Shown piece after piece: positions 40,105-53,586 of a DNA stretch of 64,000 nucleotides. How positions within the stretch are numbered: the first letter of the stretch is position 1; each line of letters begins with the position of its first letter. The notes below the pieces were generated by a model, which worked only from the letters and a program-made list of their open reading frames with translations, did not search any database and was not told where the DNA came from. The stretch lies in assembly GCA_965649765.1 (NCBI GenBank), contig OZ287749.1:97154001-97218000 (forward strand). The letters are read 5' to 3'. This DNA comes from Bispira polyomma (Eukaryota). A program made the translations under genes and the position numbers.

Positions 40105-40639
40105 GACTGATACCACTTTATAGTTAAACCTAAGTCATTTGGTCTGCACTATAAAAAATTGTATTTTGAGATTGAATTATACGAGTAATAATATACAGTA
40201 AAACACAATTATGGGACAGATAAAATATTTGTAAAAAAAAAGTATTGTAATCTGTTTGTACATTTACACTTAATAGTGTACACTGCTAAAATGACCTTGA
40301 AATCAGTGTGACCTTGAGAAGTCAATAGATCCTGCATATTCACAGTCAAAGTTGACAATTGCAAGAACATAACTACAATGCCCTGTCACAATGGGTAAGA
40401 ACTGGGTAGCTCTCTAAATATTATCTATTTTGAAGTAGTAAATCAAGTCTAATAATAAACTATCTGACACTGGACAGTCAATAGGTTGTAAAACTACATG
40501 TGGTGTCAGGTTTGTGACCAGACTAATACCTTGATACATATATAGAAAAGACAGAATTGGTTTTAGATTTGTTAGAATTAGTCTTGATACATACAACTGC
40601 CCCTCACCTCTTTTCTACCTCTTACATTGGAAAAACTGT

Positions 40640-41030
40640 TTTTGCTTTTTGCTATGTTCAGTCCCCCTGTCTGTTTTTTACATTTTTTAGCAGGAATACA
40701 TAAAAAACTACTAAAACCAAATTGACCAAACTTAGTGAAGGCTTTGGGCTGGGCCATGGGCCAAGGAAGAACCCATCACAGTTTGGTTCAGAAACAATTA
40801 GGAATTACTCTAGTACTTATTGTGGGTACTTTAATGAGTATTTACCTTGTACTTCAAAAGCTACTGGGAAATGTGTGTTTGTTGGTCGAATTAATTATTC
40901 ATTTTTAGTTTTGATACGCCATCACTTGGTTGATTTTGATTAGTCTAAGCTTGTCGATACAAAAGCAATAACTTTTAGATTTTGGGCGACACCGCGGAGA
41001 ATTGTACTCTACTGAGTGATCTTGCTCTGT
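40640..41030 (+). mobile_element. HINE/DINE-like element
   Basis: ttagcaggaatacataaaaaactact...accaaacttagtgaagg...gggccatgggccaaggaagaaccca, and a 3' hairpin-like gcggagaattgtactctactgagtg. Confidence 0.5.
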
Positions 41031-41909
41031 ATCTGAATTCTACTGCAGTGTCTATATCTGCCATTAAAAGGGCTATTGTTGTGTCCTGAACAGTGGATTG
41101 TGATCAGTCCACTCTGATGGTATAAACTACAGTACATAGCTGAATGAGAATAATATGACAAATACACAGTACAATATTAAACTAAACTACATGTTTTGTT
41201 TCTGATATACTTTAATAGCAATTTCATACATTTATAAAGCCTCTGGTTTTTGTTTTACTGTGTGATCCAACACAACCTTTGGGATGGGAATTCTGACATG
41301 TACTATACATTGGTGTAAGCAAATGGATAAAGAAAGTAATTTTCGGGATAAACGGATTGTTTTAGAGTCACTTGTGTAAAATGTGCATCATTGTCTGTAA
41401 GTTGTTATAATAATAAAAATGGCAATTTTAGAAAGTCAAGAATTGAGATATATGTGTCGATGCTTTCACATTTTGTAAAAGAGTCCATCCAAATAATACT
41501 TATGCAAAGCCATTGTAGACGATTTGGACTTTTACTGGTTATATACAAAAGAACAAAAAATAACTTGTTATTTCCTCTTATAGATTATTGTCTATTCTTA
41601 AACTTAGATGTCAAAAATATACAATATAATATGGTATATATGTTTTGTACTATTATAATTTAAGCTTGGATATTGTTATAGCTTCTATATATCTCAACCA
41701 AGGAAGCGAAGTTGTAAAGTGGTGGTTGTAAACAATGCATTCGATTATAACACAAGTGGCTTTAGAACACACACATCAATGGTTTGTACAGAGGTGTCAC
41801 AGGAAGTGATTCTGGGAGGGTCTCCAAAATATACCATAAATGATATCAAATAGGCACCCAGCAGCTATCTAAATATCGGGATAATATCCTTCTGTTCCTA
41901 GGGGTAAAA

Positions 41910-42052
41910 AGGAAATTAAAAAATTTAAATAGGAAATTTAAAATTTTTAATGAGAAATTTAAAATTTTTAAATGGGAAATTTAAAATTTAGAAATTGTAA
42001 ATTTTAAATTTTGAAATTGGAAATTTTAAATTTTGAAATTGGAAATTTTAAA
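41910..42052. repeat. AT-rich ~21-22-bp degenerate tandem repeat
   Basis: Repeated gaaatttaaaattttt and gaaattggaaattttaaattt units. Confidence 0.75.
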
Positions 42053-45000
42053 TCTTTATTGTTGTGTATTGACAACTAGACATATATATTGGTGTAAGTT
42101 GGGGTGTGTATGGCGTTAATTATTTTCTGGGCGTTAACTCTATAGGTGACGATATAACCTGGTTGAGATGAACCTCCTCTGTGTGTGTATCTATTGATCA
42201 GGTAAATACAGCCAGCTCAAGAAAAGAACTCAATATTTGAGTTATCAATATTTGTAATCAGTTGTGACTACTCCTTGTCAAGGAATGTCATTTAAGCTGG
42301 CCTTGATTTAACTGTTGTCACTTTAAATAGTTCAAACCAGAGGAAGATGGGCTCAACTTCCTGTTTTAAGGAGCTCTTACAAGTTCGAAGGATGTCAACA
42401 AATTATTGGCCAGTATTGATGGACTTTACATTTTTAAAGTGAAAATGTTAAAATTAGAAAAAAAACTAGAAAAGGTACCAGATATAATAAAGCCTTTATG
42501 TTTTTCAATTTTAAGTCAGATACGTTTCTTTTCTTCATGTCTGTCCATCTTAGCCCCCCCCTTTTTCTAGGTTGTCAGGTTTTTGTTGATTGTATAGAGA
42601 GAAGGGAAGTAAATAGACTAATCCTGGCCACCTAAAATATATGCACAAATATTGAACCCTGGTAAATTTGATGGGCCCCTATTTTCGATTAAAAAAAATG
42701 TGTGGCTAGATAATCTGACTATGTTCCCAATATCGATTGACTGATTGTCTGAAACAAGGTTTACGTGTGACCTTAAGATGGGGATTATTGTCTGGGGAGT
42801 TTGCCTTAAGATTTGTTCTGTATATTTTAAAGTAGCTTAAATTTTTATCACATCTGACGACTTTCTAACAGCTGAACTCTGTATTGTGAGTAAGTGACTT
42901 AAAATGAGTGTCTTTCTAAAATTGAATTAAATTCTAGTTTACTGTATCCAAAATGGGTTTCCAAAATCGGTCAGAAAAATACTAAACTTTTCTTATCACA
43001 TAATTTGAGAGTAGCTTGGTGGGTGACTATTAAGGGATTTATGGTAATTCACACAGAATACTCAACACTTGTGAGGCTCTCTGTCGTTTAGTGGAGAGAA
43101 AGATAAAGTATTGATATCAGAAAGGATTATCTATGTCATTATGTCACTGTAAAGCATTTGTTGTCATACTATTGTAAAACTGTAACTGATATGTAAAGAG
43201 CCAGGTATTGTTGACAATAAATTGTCGGAATAACATTCTAATAAAAATAACAATACCAGATACTGTATTGTATAGTTGTGTGGAAATGATTAAAATATAC
43301 TTAAATTACCTTTGAATACTGGAGTCATGGATTTTGTCATAGTTACAGAAATAATAAGTTAATTTTGTGTCTGGCGCAAGCTGTTGCTGAACTATTTTAA
43401 GAAAATGTTTTAGATTATTAAACCATTTGAGACATCTCCACATATGGCTGCAGTATTACTACCTTTATTAACACTCTTTTACATTTAAGACTGGTACATT
43501 GTATTTGTAATTTGAGTACATGTATTGCATTGATATCGATAAGAACATTGTCAACTAATATATCTGGTTCAGGCTCTTGGCAACTCATCATTATATAATA
43601 CCATATGAACAAATGTAAACACAAAACACATTGTATACATATGTCTATATAAGTGTCAACCTCTGTGTAGAGAACATTGCCACCCAATTTCCCTTTTGTG
43701 ACACCCTAATTTATATTTTATGTCCCACTACTGACTACCACTCCTCCTCCTACTACTATTATGTGTACTACTAGATAACTAAATTCCTCTATACACCTTA
43801 GTTACCACAATAACACTAACCTTGCCTTGTTTCCTTGTACAAACGAAAGCCCAAGTGGTGGTTTGGGTTCTGTGCTAATTACCACACATTGTCCTATTTT
43901 GTTTGGAGAGCTCTACTTGTGTAGTTGATACAGATGATGTCTGTTGACACAAAATGTCACATTTCTTCCACTGCTACATACTGAGGAATGTCAGTCTCCC
44001 CCCATTTAAGACTGTAAAGTGGCTGACCCCCTGATTTACCCCTGACCCCCCTATCTTTTCTAACTCATGACCCCGTATATATGGATATTTGAGTCGTCCC
44101 TCTTTTCTATTGGTTCATGCAACAGGGTTCTGTTTGATGACTTCTTTTTTTCTAAAAGCTGTAACAACATTTCAATCTTTTCATTTCATCCAAAGCTGCC
44201 ATGTGTGATCAAAGTCTATATGTCCTGTATAATCAGCCGCAAAATACTGTTATGTTCAGACCTTCACTTGGTTTCAAAGGACTTTTTAAATGATAGGATT
44301 TCAAATATGATTTAATGTGGTGGTTTTTGATTGTGTCTTCTTTCAGTAGAAGAAACACTTTTTGAGGAGTTCAGGTATTTGCACCTATTGCAGAAAAGGT
44401 TCATCTTACATCAACAGACACACATCTATGTATGTACTTATAAGAAGAGACAGTTGAAGAAAGGGGGGAAATGGGGGGTAGGTAGGGAGGGGTGGATTGC
44501 AAATTGGCTTTTGGGTTTTTTGTGAGTGTATTTTGGGTGTAAATGATATTCAAGACCCACTGGTGTTTTGTTTTTACAAGTCATGCTTTAGAGAAATAGA
44601 AACCTTATAATGATGATCTAGTCACACGAATTGTGTATGTGTTGCAAAACAGTGTTGTGGGTTTTAACAAAAATAGGCAGATACATGTGTATATATATAG
44701 TAGATATGTATATGATCTGATCTTGTCCGGTGCTGTGCATAAAATACTGACAGAATAGGGATATGTATTCTTTTCTTTAGTGATTCAGTAACAATCTCTG
44801 TCAGTTCTCTATTCTCTTGTGGTATTAGTACAATGTTCTAGGGATATATATCTAACCTATACAAAGGCTTGGTTGAATTTGGTTTATTGTCTCAGAAAGA
44901 ATAAAGAGGTAAATATAACAATGTTTAAATTCTAAAAAAAAATGTGCTAAAAGATTAAATAATATTTTAATCAAATTTGTAAATTAATACATAGATAGTT

Positions 45001-45729
45001 TAACTTTGTGAAAATATTGTACTAATTCTATCTGGGTTTTATTTTACAAAACATTTTTTTCTTGTCAAAATAAATTTTAGCTTTAGCAAAGATACATACA
45101 AAGTATATATTTAACCTGCTTAAAAGCCTTTGACAAAAATGTAAATCCTAAACCACGTCTTAGGTGCGTGGCTATTCAATAGAATTTTTTTTCGTCAATA
45201 TTATATCCATCAATCAATCTCTTTGTTAAATTGAAAACCTATAATAAAGAATGTGAGAATGTTTTTCATTGGTTAAACCAGTGCCAGTGGCCAGCCATCT
45301 AGTATGTTCTACTTATAGATCTCTATAGATAGTCTGTTATTGGTTTTATAATCAGTTTACTGTGTGAAGGCCACAATTGACGACTAAATTGTGAGGTTTG
45401 TCAATATATTCTTGTATTTTGTAACTATTTGTTGTTTCTGCGATACAAAAAAAGAAGATACAGAAAAATAATATAATTCTGTGTGTGTATAGGTATAACA
45501 GAAAGTGTGTATTAGTGGTACTAGTTAATGGAGGAATACTCGTATAGACAATTCTATTCTAGTGAGAAAACAAATGTAAACCTTTGATATTTTACTATAT
45601 TTGCCTATATGAAATCCATATTGCATTAATATATTGTATGTGCTTATTTTAGTTCAAACTGTGTTTATATTGTTTTGTCAGGAGCAGTCATTTAATATAA
45701 TAAAATTGAATTTACCGGTTAAAAAAAAA

Positions 45730-46102
45730 TAAATATTTTTAATTCACAACTTAAGCATATACTGGTATGTTCTGTGTGTGTTGTAATAATAGGGAGCCAG
45801 TGTGTCACATTTTAAAGAAAAAAATAAAACCATTTGACAAATATGTAAATAAAATATTTTATAAATTCACAACTTAAGCATATACTGCTATGTTCTCTGT
45901 ATGTTCTAACAATAGAAAGCCAGTGTGTCCCATTTGAAAGAAAAAAATATGACCACTTTAAAATTATTAAAAAAAAGTATGTTCTCTATATGATGTAGCA
46001 TTAGGCCGTTAGTGTGCTACTTAATTAAATATAAATTAAAACAAAAATAAAATACTTTAGAAATTCACAACTGGTATGCTCGGTGTATGTTGTAGCAATA
46101 GG
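45730..46102. repeat. Degenerate ~120-bp tandem duplication (2 good copies plus 2 partial)
   Basis: aattcacaacttaagcatatactg.tatgttct.tgt.tgtt.taa.aatag..agccagtgtgtc.catt recurs at ~45741 and ~45864, with partial copies at ~45977 and ~46062. Confidence 0.8.
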
Positions 46103-47219
46103 CAGTAAATATTGTGTGTTTGCAGACGACCACACTTTGGTTATAAAAAGTAAAGACATCTGTTGTTGTTAATTCTTTCCACAATTCATATTCAAACAGT
46201 ATCTGTTTCAATATGTTGTAGAAGGGTCATCTGTTTTTGAATTCGTGTAACTCTCTTTAAAAACAGTGACTTTGTTTTGTATTTATTAGGTACTGCTACT
46301 TTACTGCTATTGATGAAAATAAATGTTTATTTGAAATATTCAATATGGTCTTTTATTATTTAGAGTGACAGAAAGGGACAGCTCTGCCTGTTAGAAAAAC
46401 TGCATATGTATTCTCAATATGTGCAGATATGAAGTCATCTATATATATTATGAATGATTAAGAAATACATAGATTATTTTAAAATGTCCAGATATATCAC
46501 AAATGATAAAGAAAGGCACATGTATACTCCAAACTTCTCTAAATGTACAGCTGTTATGTAATATATCTCAAAGGATAGGAAATGCAAGCTTTTATTAATA
46601 ATACATATACTTATAACCAAACAGTAAAATTGTTAGTAGTTTAAAATTGGAGGAGCTTTATCCAATCGATGTGGAGCCCATAACATTACTTGACAAAAGT
46701 TTCACAACAAGTTAATAATAAGATACTTGTTAAGTCTTTAACTTTCTAACTAGATTGGTAGGTCAGCTATTATTAATATTGCAAATACTGTGAAATAATT
46801 TAATACCAAGCTTAACGGCAAATATATAAGCACAAATTTTCTTCACATCAGAGGTCACTTTATCAGTACTATTGACAAATCCATGGGAAAGTGCATACCA
46901 TGGGTTGAAAATCAAAGTATATATATTCAAATTAATCACCAAAATCAATCATCAGAAAATAATAAGGGGGCCTACAGTCATATTTGTAAATGGTCTTTCG
47001 ACAATGATCATTAATCACATTTTCACACTGGTGTTCATATTTTATAGTATCAATCATATCCTAAAAAGTATCCTAAAATCATATCAGCTTAATATCCACT
47101 TCTTTGTGTATTTCTTTATGGTGAACAGAATTGTGATATTTCTGTGGCATCGGTTAAATAAGGCATTTTTGTGTCTCGCATCACGTAATTCACACTGGAA
47201 GAGCAAACAGTAGAATTAA

Positions 47220-47436
47220 GTTGAATTTGGTTTTTATGTGGCCCTCAACAACAGCTTACGTCAGACCACGACAGCCAGATTCAATATGAGAAGAAACTAC
47301 TGCTCAAGCCACTGTAAACCACTGGCCTACGACAGGTACCTGGCAAACATTCCCCCACAAAGGAATGCAAGGAATTGAACCCAAATTTGTGAGAGACCAG
47401 TGACTGTAAAGTTAATGCTTTTAACCATTAGGGCAC
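47220..47436 (-). mobile_element. tRNA-derived SINE
   Basis: aagccactgtaaaccactggcct...gagaccagtgactgtaaag...ttaaccattagggcac; same family as 8389. Confidence 0.72.
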
Positions 47437-47529
47437 ACTAAACATTCCCTTTTAGTAGATTGCAAAGCTCTGCCAAGGAATCACAGTGTGAAAAATAATA
47501 ATTAAATAATATTTCCTAGATGTGGTCTT

Positions 47530-47685
47530 CTCGGCTCTGCTCAAAATTTGATGGAATCGTGCTGGGCCCATGCCACATCCTGCCACCAGATTTCATGTCA
47601 ATTGGGTCAGTTGTTTTTGTGAAATCTAGCTGACAAACCAACCAACGGTATATTGGTGAAAACATGACCTGCTTAGTTGAGATGA
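47530..47685 (-). mobile_element. HINE/DINE-like element
   Basis: gggcccatgccacatcc...ccaccagatttcatg...ctgacaaaccaaccaac...ggtgaaaacatgacct is the reverse complement of the motif order seen at 16905 and 40640. Confidence 0.5.
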
Positions 47686-49017
47686 AAACCATGTTACCAC
47701 TTAGGTAATGATGGTTTTACTATTATACATGTACAGAACAGAACATTGGTAAAATTTCTAGAACACTGCAAGCTAGTACATGTATTTAGAATTATGATTT
47801 GACCTTGTAATAAATGACCTTGTGGAACCATGTAGACGGGAAATAGACTGCCATTCAATACATATCAAATGTGTATAAAAGTCTACTTACTAAAAACAAT
47901 TTGCCAAAAAAGCTAATATTTGTCTTAGTTACATTTGTAATGTCTAACTGCTCGGAAAGATAAAATCTTAACTATTAGCATAAAACAATTACAAATCTGT
48001 AAAACAGTCAGCAAAGAACAATTACAAATCTCTATACATACACTAGTTAATAAGATGTTTATAAAGTTTAATTACTTGAAAATCTAGCACTTTATGTACG
48101 CATTACTTTTGTGTCACAGCCCAACTACACGGGTTGTCATAATATTGTCCGATGTCATAAACTTGTCCACTTCTTAAATTTCAATAAAAACATTCAATCC
48201 TTGATATGTTTAAGTAAATATTGTTTCAAATGAAAAATATCTCTCTTTTGAGGATATTTTATCATAGCTAAACTTTAAGAACATATTTTTATGAAAAGTT
48301 TCAAAAATGTTGACAAATTTATGACATGAATCACGATTGTGACAATCCATGTACCACGTATACACACGGAAATAAAGCACTTGTACCTTAAAATATGGAC
48401 TGTATCCCAGAACACATATAAAGACATGATGACATCTCATTTGTATACATACAAAAAGGCTGAGTAAGACTTCCTTTTGTTTATTTATTGGTACACAAAC
48501 TATACCATTAAAACAGTACAACAAAATATTGCAACAAATAAAAATGTTAAATTACCAGTATATTTTCAGTTAAACAGTGTTCACAATTATCTACATACCC
48601 TTTCAATTGCTATTTTTGTTCACGTTATAATATTCACACACACAAAACGATTGTACATACAAAATATTCTAATATTATACATTTTTCCTTTACATTAAAC
48701 CCTGTCTTCGTTTACATCTGTCATAGTAAGAAGGTCTCTTATATTTCAGCACACAAAGTCTTCTCATTCTTCTTGTGTTTACACACAAAAGTGTGATTTT
48801 TTTTTAAGTTCTAGTGATTATTTTTAAAGCACAGACCTTATTTATGATTTGATAACAGTCATAAACCCTCAATAACTTCCAAAAAGGTTTGAATTTCTAC
48901 AATGAGGGAATATTCTGGTTGAGTTCAGACCTATAATATCTAACAAGAAGGAAAGATGTACAATTAAAAAAAAAATATGGCTACGATTAGGCCAGGTTAT
49001 TTTATAATATTTGTAGA

Positions 49018-49225
49018 ACCTGGGGGTTAGATGAGTTATCTTCATAATGGCTGGCCTCCCACCAATGTGGGTTTGAATCCTATTTGTTCTTTTATGGAGG
49101 AAAGTTTGTCAGAAACTTGCTATAGCTCAGTGTTTACAGTGCTGCAACACTGGTTTTATCCACAATTGTCATCATGACATGACTAAAACGGTTGAAAGTG
49201 ACGTAAAACTCAATTCAATTCAAAT
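49018..49225 (+). mobile_element. tRNA-derived SINE
   Basis: ctggcctcccaccaatgtgggtttgaatcct...aaagtttgtcagaaacttgct...gttgaaagtgacgtaaaac with a (tcaat)n tail. Confidence 0.72.
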
Positions 49226-49469
49226 TCTACAATATTCGTATTATAATGCATTTTGGATATTTAATCATAACGTCTCCTAATGAGCACCATTCCAATGGAT
49301 AAATCATTAATTACAATACATTCGTTTCCATCAGTTGGCAATGGTATGTTCACACCTTGTATATCCCAAAGTAACCATTATGGTGTTACCAGGAGTCGAA
49401 CCAGGATGCTTCTGGTCACCAGATAAACTCCCTCACCACTGGGCTACGGGAAAACCCCAGCATATTCTA

Positions 49470-49742
49470 AAAGTGTGTTTGTTAATGTTTTTACTTCTAT
49501 AGCAGCACAATATCGATGAATGATCAGGAATCCTCTGTGGCGCAGATCCCATTCAGTATGCAAAATATTAGTCTGATAGGAGAAAGGGTTTGTGATCATA
49601 GGTCAGTCGTGACCAGCAGACGAATGTTAAGGCAAAAAAGCGAGTTGATACAGATGTGTTTTAAGCTTTTTCCTGAAGCCTGTAATCCTTGCCTCAGTGC
49701 GGAAACTACTTGGAAGAGTATTCCACCCAAGATGTACTGCCA
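49470..49742 (-). mobile_element. L2/CR1-clade LINE 3' end
   Basis: Minus strand reads ...WNTLPSSFRTEARITGFRKKLKTHLYQLAFLP*, the typical L2 ORF2 C-terminus (WNxLP...FKxxLKTxLF), followed by a short UTR ending gctatagaagt. Confidence 0.75.
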
Positions 49743-51052
49743 TTTTGAATGATTTTGAATCAGCCAGTTTTTAGGGTAAGAAAGAGGTGGAGAAATGATT
49801 TGACATGGCATGTAGATATCTGCAACATTTTTAAAATATCCCAAACCTTTTCCTTGCATATAACATTTGGAATTGTGGGAATACACAAAGTAGTTCCAAT
49901 ATATTCGAACAACAGATTGTTAGAAGAGGAAAAGGTAAATGCTTCATTTAAAAGAAATCATTAAATAACATGGCTCCTCATTTGTTGTGCATTATGTTGA
50001 TGTGTGTAACATTAGAATGTACACACCAATGATTCCACTAGTAACAATTGGCTCGAATGACTTTTGAGTGTTGTGACCTAGCGAATTTGCAAATTATAAC
50101 AATAATTGTAAACCTGGTTGCCCTATAGACAAACCCGAAAATATGATTACTATTCTGGCTATGTTGGATTGACCCTTCATACTTATCAAGTACTATAAAA
50201 CCAAGTATATTGGATAAAATTTTTTTAGTTATATTGTTACAATGATTGTAATTTCTGAAATAGAAATCACAAGCTTTTAGCAATTATACTGTCCACTCTC
50301 CCTAATATGTGATGTGGCCAATATTTAAACCCAGGTCTGTAGAGGTGGAAGTGTTACCTCTAAACCAACATGGTTCCACTTCCATTGAGTCACCGTATAA
50401 CCTACACATATGTACAGCCTAGAGGCTGTGAGTGGTTTTAAAGTTTGAGTTTGGTGGCCTTCAAAACCTCAAACATTCTTTGCTTTCTTTTTATGAAACT
50501 ATTATTGGGACAAATCTTTTTTTCTTCAAACAAAAACTGAATTTCTGTATTAATTTCATAGGTAACATCTTGCCATAGTGGCTAGGAATTTATTCCTATT
50601 CTTGTGGAATGATTTGTTTGGTAAACTGTAAACTATCTCGAGTTGACTTCCAAGTGTATAACATCTCAATCTACACAATCTACACAATATCTGCACAATT
50701 CAAAACAAGGGAGGGATCATGTCATTAAATGATTTCTCTTTTCAATAAATAATTTCCCCTTTTGGCTTTTCTCACTTATTTAAATTATTTTATTGGGGTT
50801 AAGTTTTAGTCTAATTTTAAAAAGTAGAAATTGAATGGAGGAACTATACTTTGTTTAATTCCAGAATTCTAAGCGCTAATAATTTCTTTTGCAAAATGAA
50901 ACCTGCGTGACGACAATTTTTTTCTTTAGTTTTATTAAAGGGTGCATTTCACTTTTATGGCCTAAATTAGACATCTCAGGCAATTATGCGACCAACAACT
51001 CTCACTGGTCAGTGCTGTGTGCGCATAAATTTTACCCTTTGCCTGCATCCAA

Positions 51053-51227
51053 GATGCTTTCTCAACTTGTCCCAAACTCAACTACATTACGGTTTCATCA
51101 AACTAGCTCCAATTTAAATGAGCTCACATAAAATGAATTCTAAATCACCATATCAGCATGAAAAATAAAGTTTGCAATGTAATTTCAAGTGAGTTTTGGA
51201 TGGTTGGGACAGTCGTGAGAATGCATC
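51053..51227. mobile_element. Small MITE-like inverted-repeat element
   Basis: Left arm gatgctttctcaacttgtcccaa pairs imperfectly with right arm ttgggacagtcgtgagaatgcatc. Confidence 0.5.
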
Positions 51228-53292
51228 CCTATCTATCTTTATAGTTTTCATCATTGTCTAATTAGGCGTGCACGGGCCGAACACTGTACAAGGTCCACTC
51301 GACTGGGGCAATCCTTATTCAACCACTCTGCAGTACTTGCAATGGCTATGCATGGTCAATCGACCCTTTTAGTTTCTAGAACGATCACCCCTGTTGTGCA
51401 CATGTGACCATTATTTGAGCGATGCCTCCTTCGATTTGTGTGATGCATGATTACTGCAAAGACACTAAATTCTTCCTTTTGCATTCTCACTTACGTCCTA
51501 GGGGATTTCAAATCCTTCTAACCTCGACTACGGGGCAAATATATATGACCAGCTTCTCACAGCATTCGCACAGGCGTCACTTTTCTAACTTACAAAAGTG
51601 GGACGCTTGCATTCTATTCTTATTACTTTTATTGTTACTGTGTCTTTATTACCTAATTTTTTTCATCTATTGGGTGTAACTTTAAGCTCCTACATTATAA
51701 TTTATCTGTGTATTGACATATTTCTATATAGATTCTATTCTACACTCACAGGACATGATCTATTCAGACAAAAGTCCCCCCCCCCTGCCCCCCCTGCCCC
51801 CCCTCCCTTCCATTGAAGGGTTTATTATCTTGTTTCTGTTCCTACTTCCTAAAGAAACCATCATTATTGGAAATGTAATTAACCCTGTGACAAAAAAGTC
51901 CCGTCAATTGATCTTTGAAAAGCTGACTTTTGTCCCAAGTAAATAGTCCCATGTTTGAGGACAATAGCTTCACTTTATCCCTGCTTAAAAACAGTCAGTT
52001 GGAGGGGGGGGAGGGTGAGGGGGGAGGGGGAGGGGGGGAGGGTGGGGGGGCAGGGGAGGGGAAGCAATTGATCAATTGCATAATTAGACTGCATTTCCAT
52101 ATGAATAAAGGGGGGCTGCTTTGTCTAACATATGGACTATAAGCTGATAGCAGTTAGTAGATGGGGATAAATCATCGCCCGCGTCCGCCGATTTAAGATG
52201 AGATGTCCGCCTCGGAGATAGTTCTTTTACGTTAATGTCAAAGAATTACATTCATCCCAGTTTTTCTAGTTCGTTGTCGTTTTAGTGCAAACATACAATA
52301 AATTATCAGAAGTCATGTTAGGGGAGGACAGAGTATCTTATATTCTAGGACCATTGTGGAATTTAAAGTCTACATAGTGCTTTTTTTATTTTTAATTTGT
52401 TTTAAATTAAACCTACTCAGGGTTTTATGCTGTGATTAGTGTAATGTTTTTGATTTTCGGTTTTTATGAAAAGATGGTTAGTTTAGTTGTAGAAAAATAA
52501 AATATGCAAAAATATGAATTAAACAGAGATGCTTTAAGTAAAGACTTAAATGTAGTTAATTGTCTCATTTGGTCCCTTTCAAAGGAGGGGCTAATCATCT
52601 ATTAACATGATGATCATGGTTGAATTAGAATTAAAGGAAACATTTCATCAAAGTTTTTTTCCATTGTTTTATCCCCGTCTAACGTGAACAATTGATCAAA
52701 TATGTCAGATAAATTGAGGATCCAATGAGGATCCATAAATAGATTAAAGAGTAATTCGTCTACAAGTGTTATTAAGTAAAAGTTTATTTATGATTTCTCT
52801 AGTAATGACAAGCTCGCATGCCACTTAATCCCCAGTCATTTTGTTCGTTGAATATTTATGGACAAATGATCTAGTTGGGGATGCATATTAGAGAGAAATA
52901 TATAAAATTATCTGACTTTACTAAAAATAAAAAAGTGCAAATGATTAACTGATAAATATTTACATAATTACCCATTTACCAAATAGTTTAACCGGTATGG
53001 GAAACCCCACTATTTACACAATTGTTATCAATATGATTGTTTTCTCAAATAAATTGTTTATTTAATCTCATTTTCATTTAGGAAGGATGGGGGAATTTTG
53101 AGACAAATTGGAAGGAAATTTCCTGGTGTATTAGTTCCTATGAACTTTCTATTGTTCTCATAGGTTTGAGATGAGTATTCTGTTTGTTCATGAATGGTAT
53201 CTAAATTACCTTTGTTTTTGTGATGTTAATTTGGACTTTTGGCAGAAAGAAGTTGACAAATCATGAATACATGTTAGTTGTAAGTAAATCAG

Positions 53293-53475
53293 CAGGGGCG
53301 TAGCTACCATTAACGCCAGTATACCCAGACGTACCAATTTAATGACAAGAAAAAAAAATAAATAACTTAATATAATTTTTTTTTTCAGTTTGCTTTATCA
53401 GTAACAACATAGATTCCTGTTGTTAAATAAAATTTTATTTGGTACTCCCCAATTAACCACAATATTATGGTAATG

Positions 53476-53506
<31 letters not shown>

Positions 53507-53586
53507 ACGAATTGAATTTTTGGCAGGACAAAAACAGATTGGTTTAATTTGGGAGTACCAGATGAAAAATCCTGGCTGCTCCCCTG
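53293..53586. mobile_element. hAT-like MITE with 5-bp target-site duplication
   Basis: Left TIR CAGGGGCGTAGCTA, right TIR tggctgctcccctg (11/14 match). ATCAG flanks both sides (53288-53292 and 53587-53591). Confidence 0.7.
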
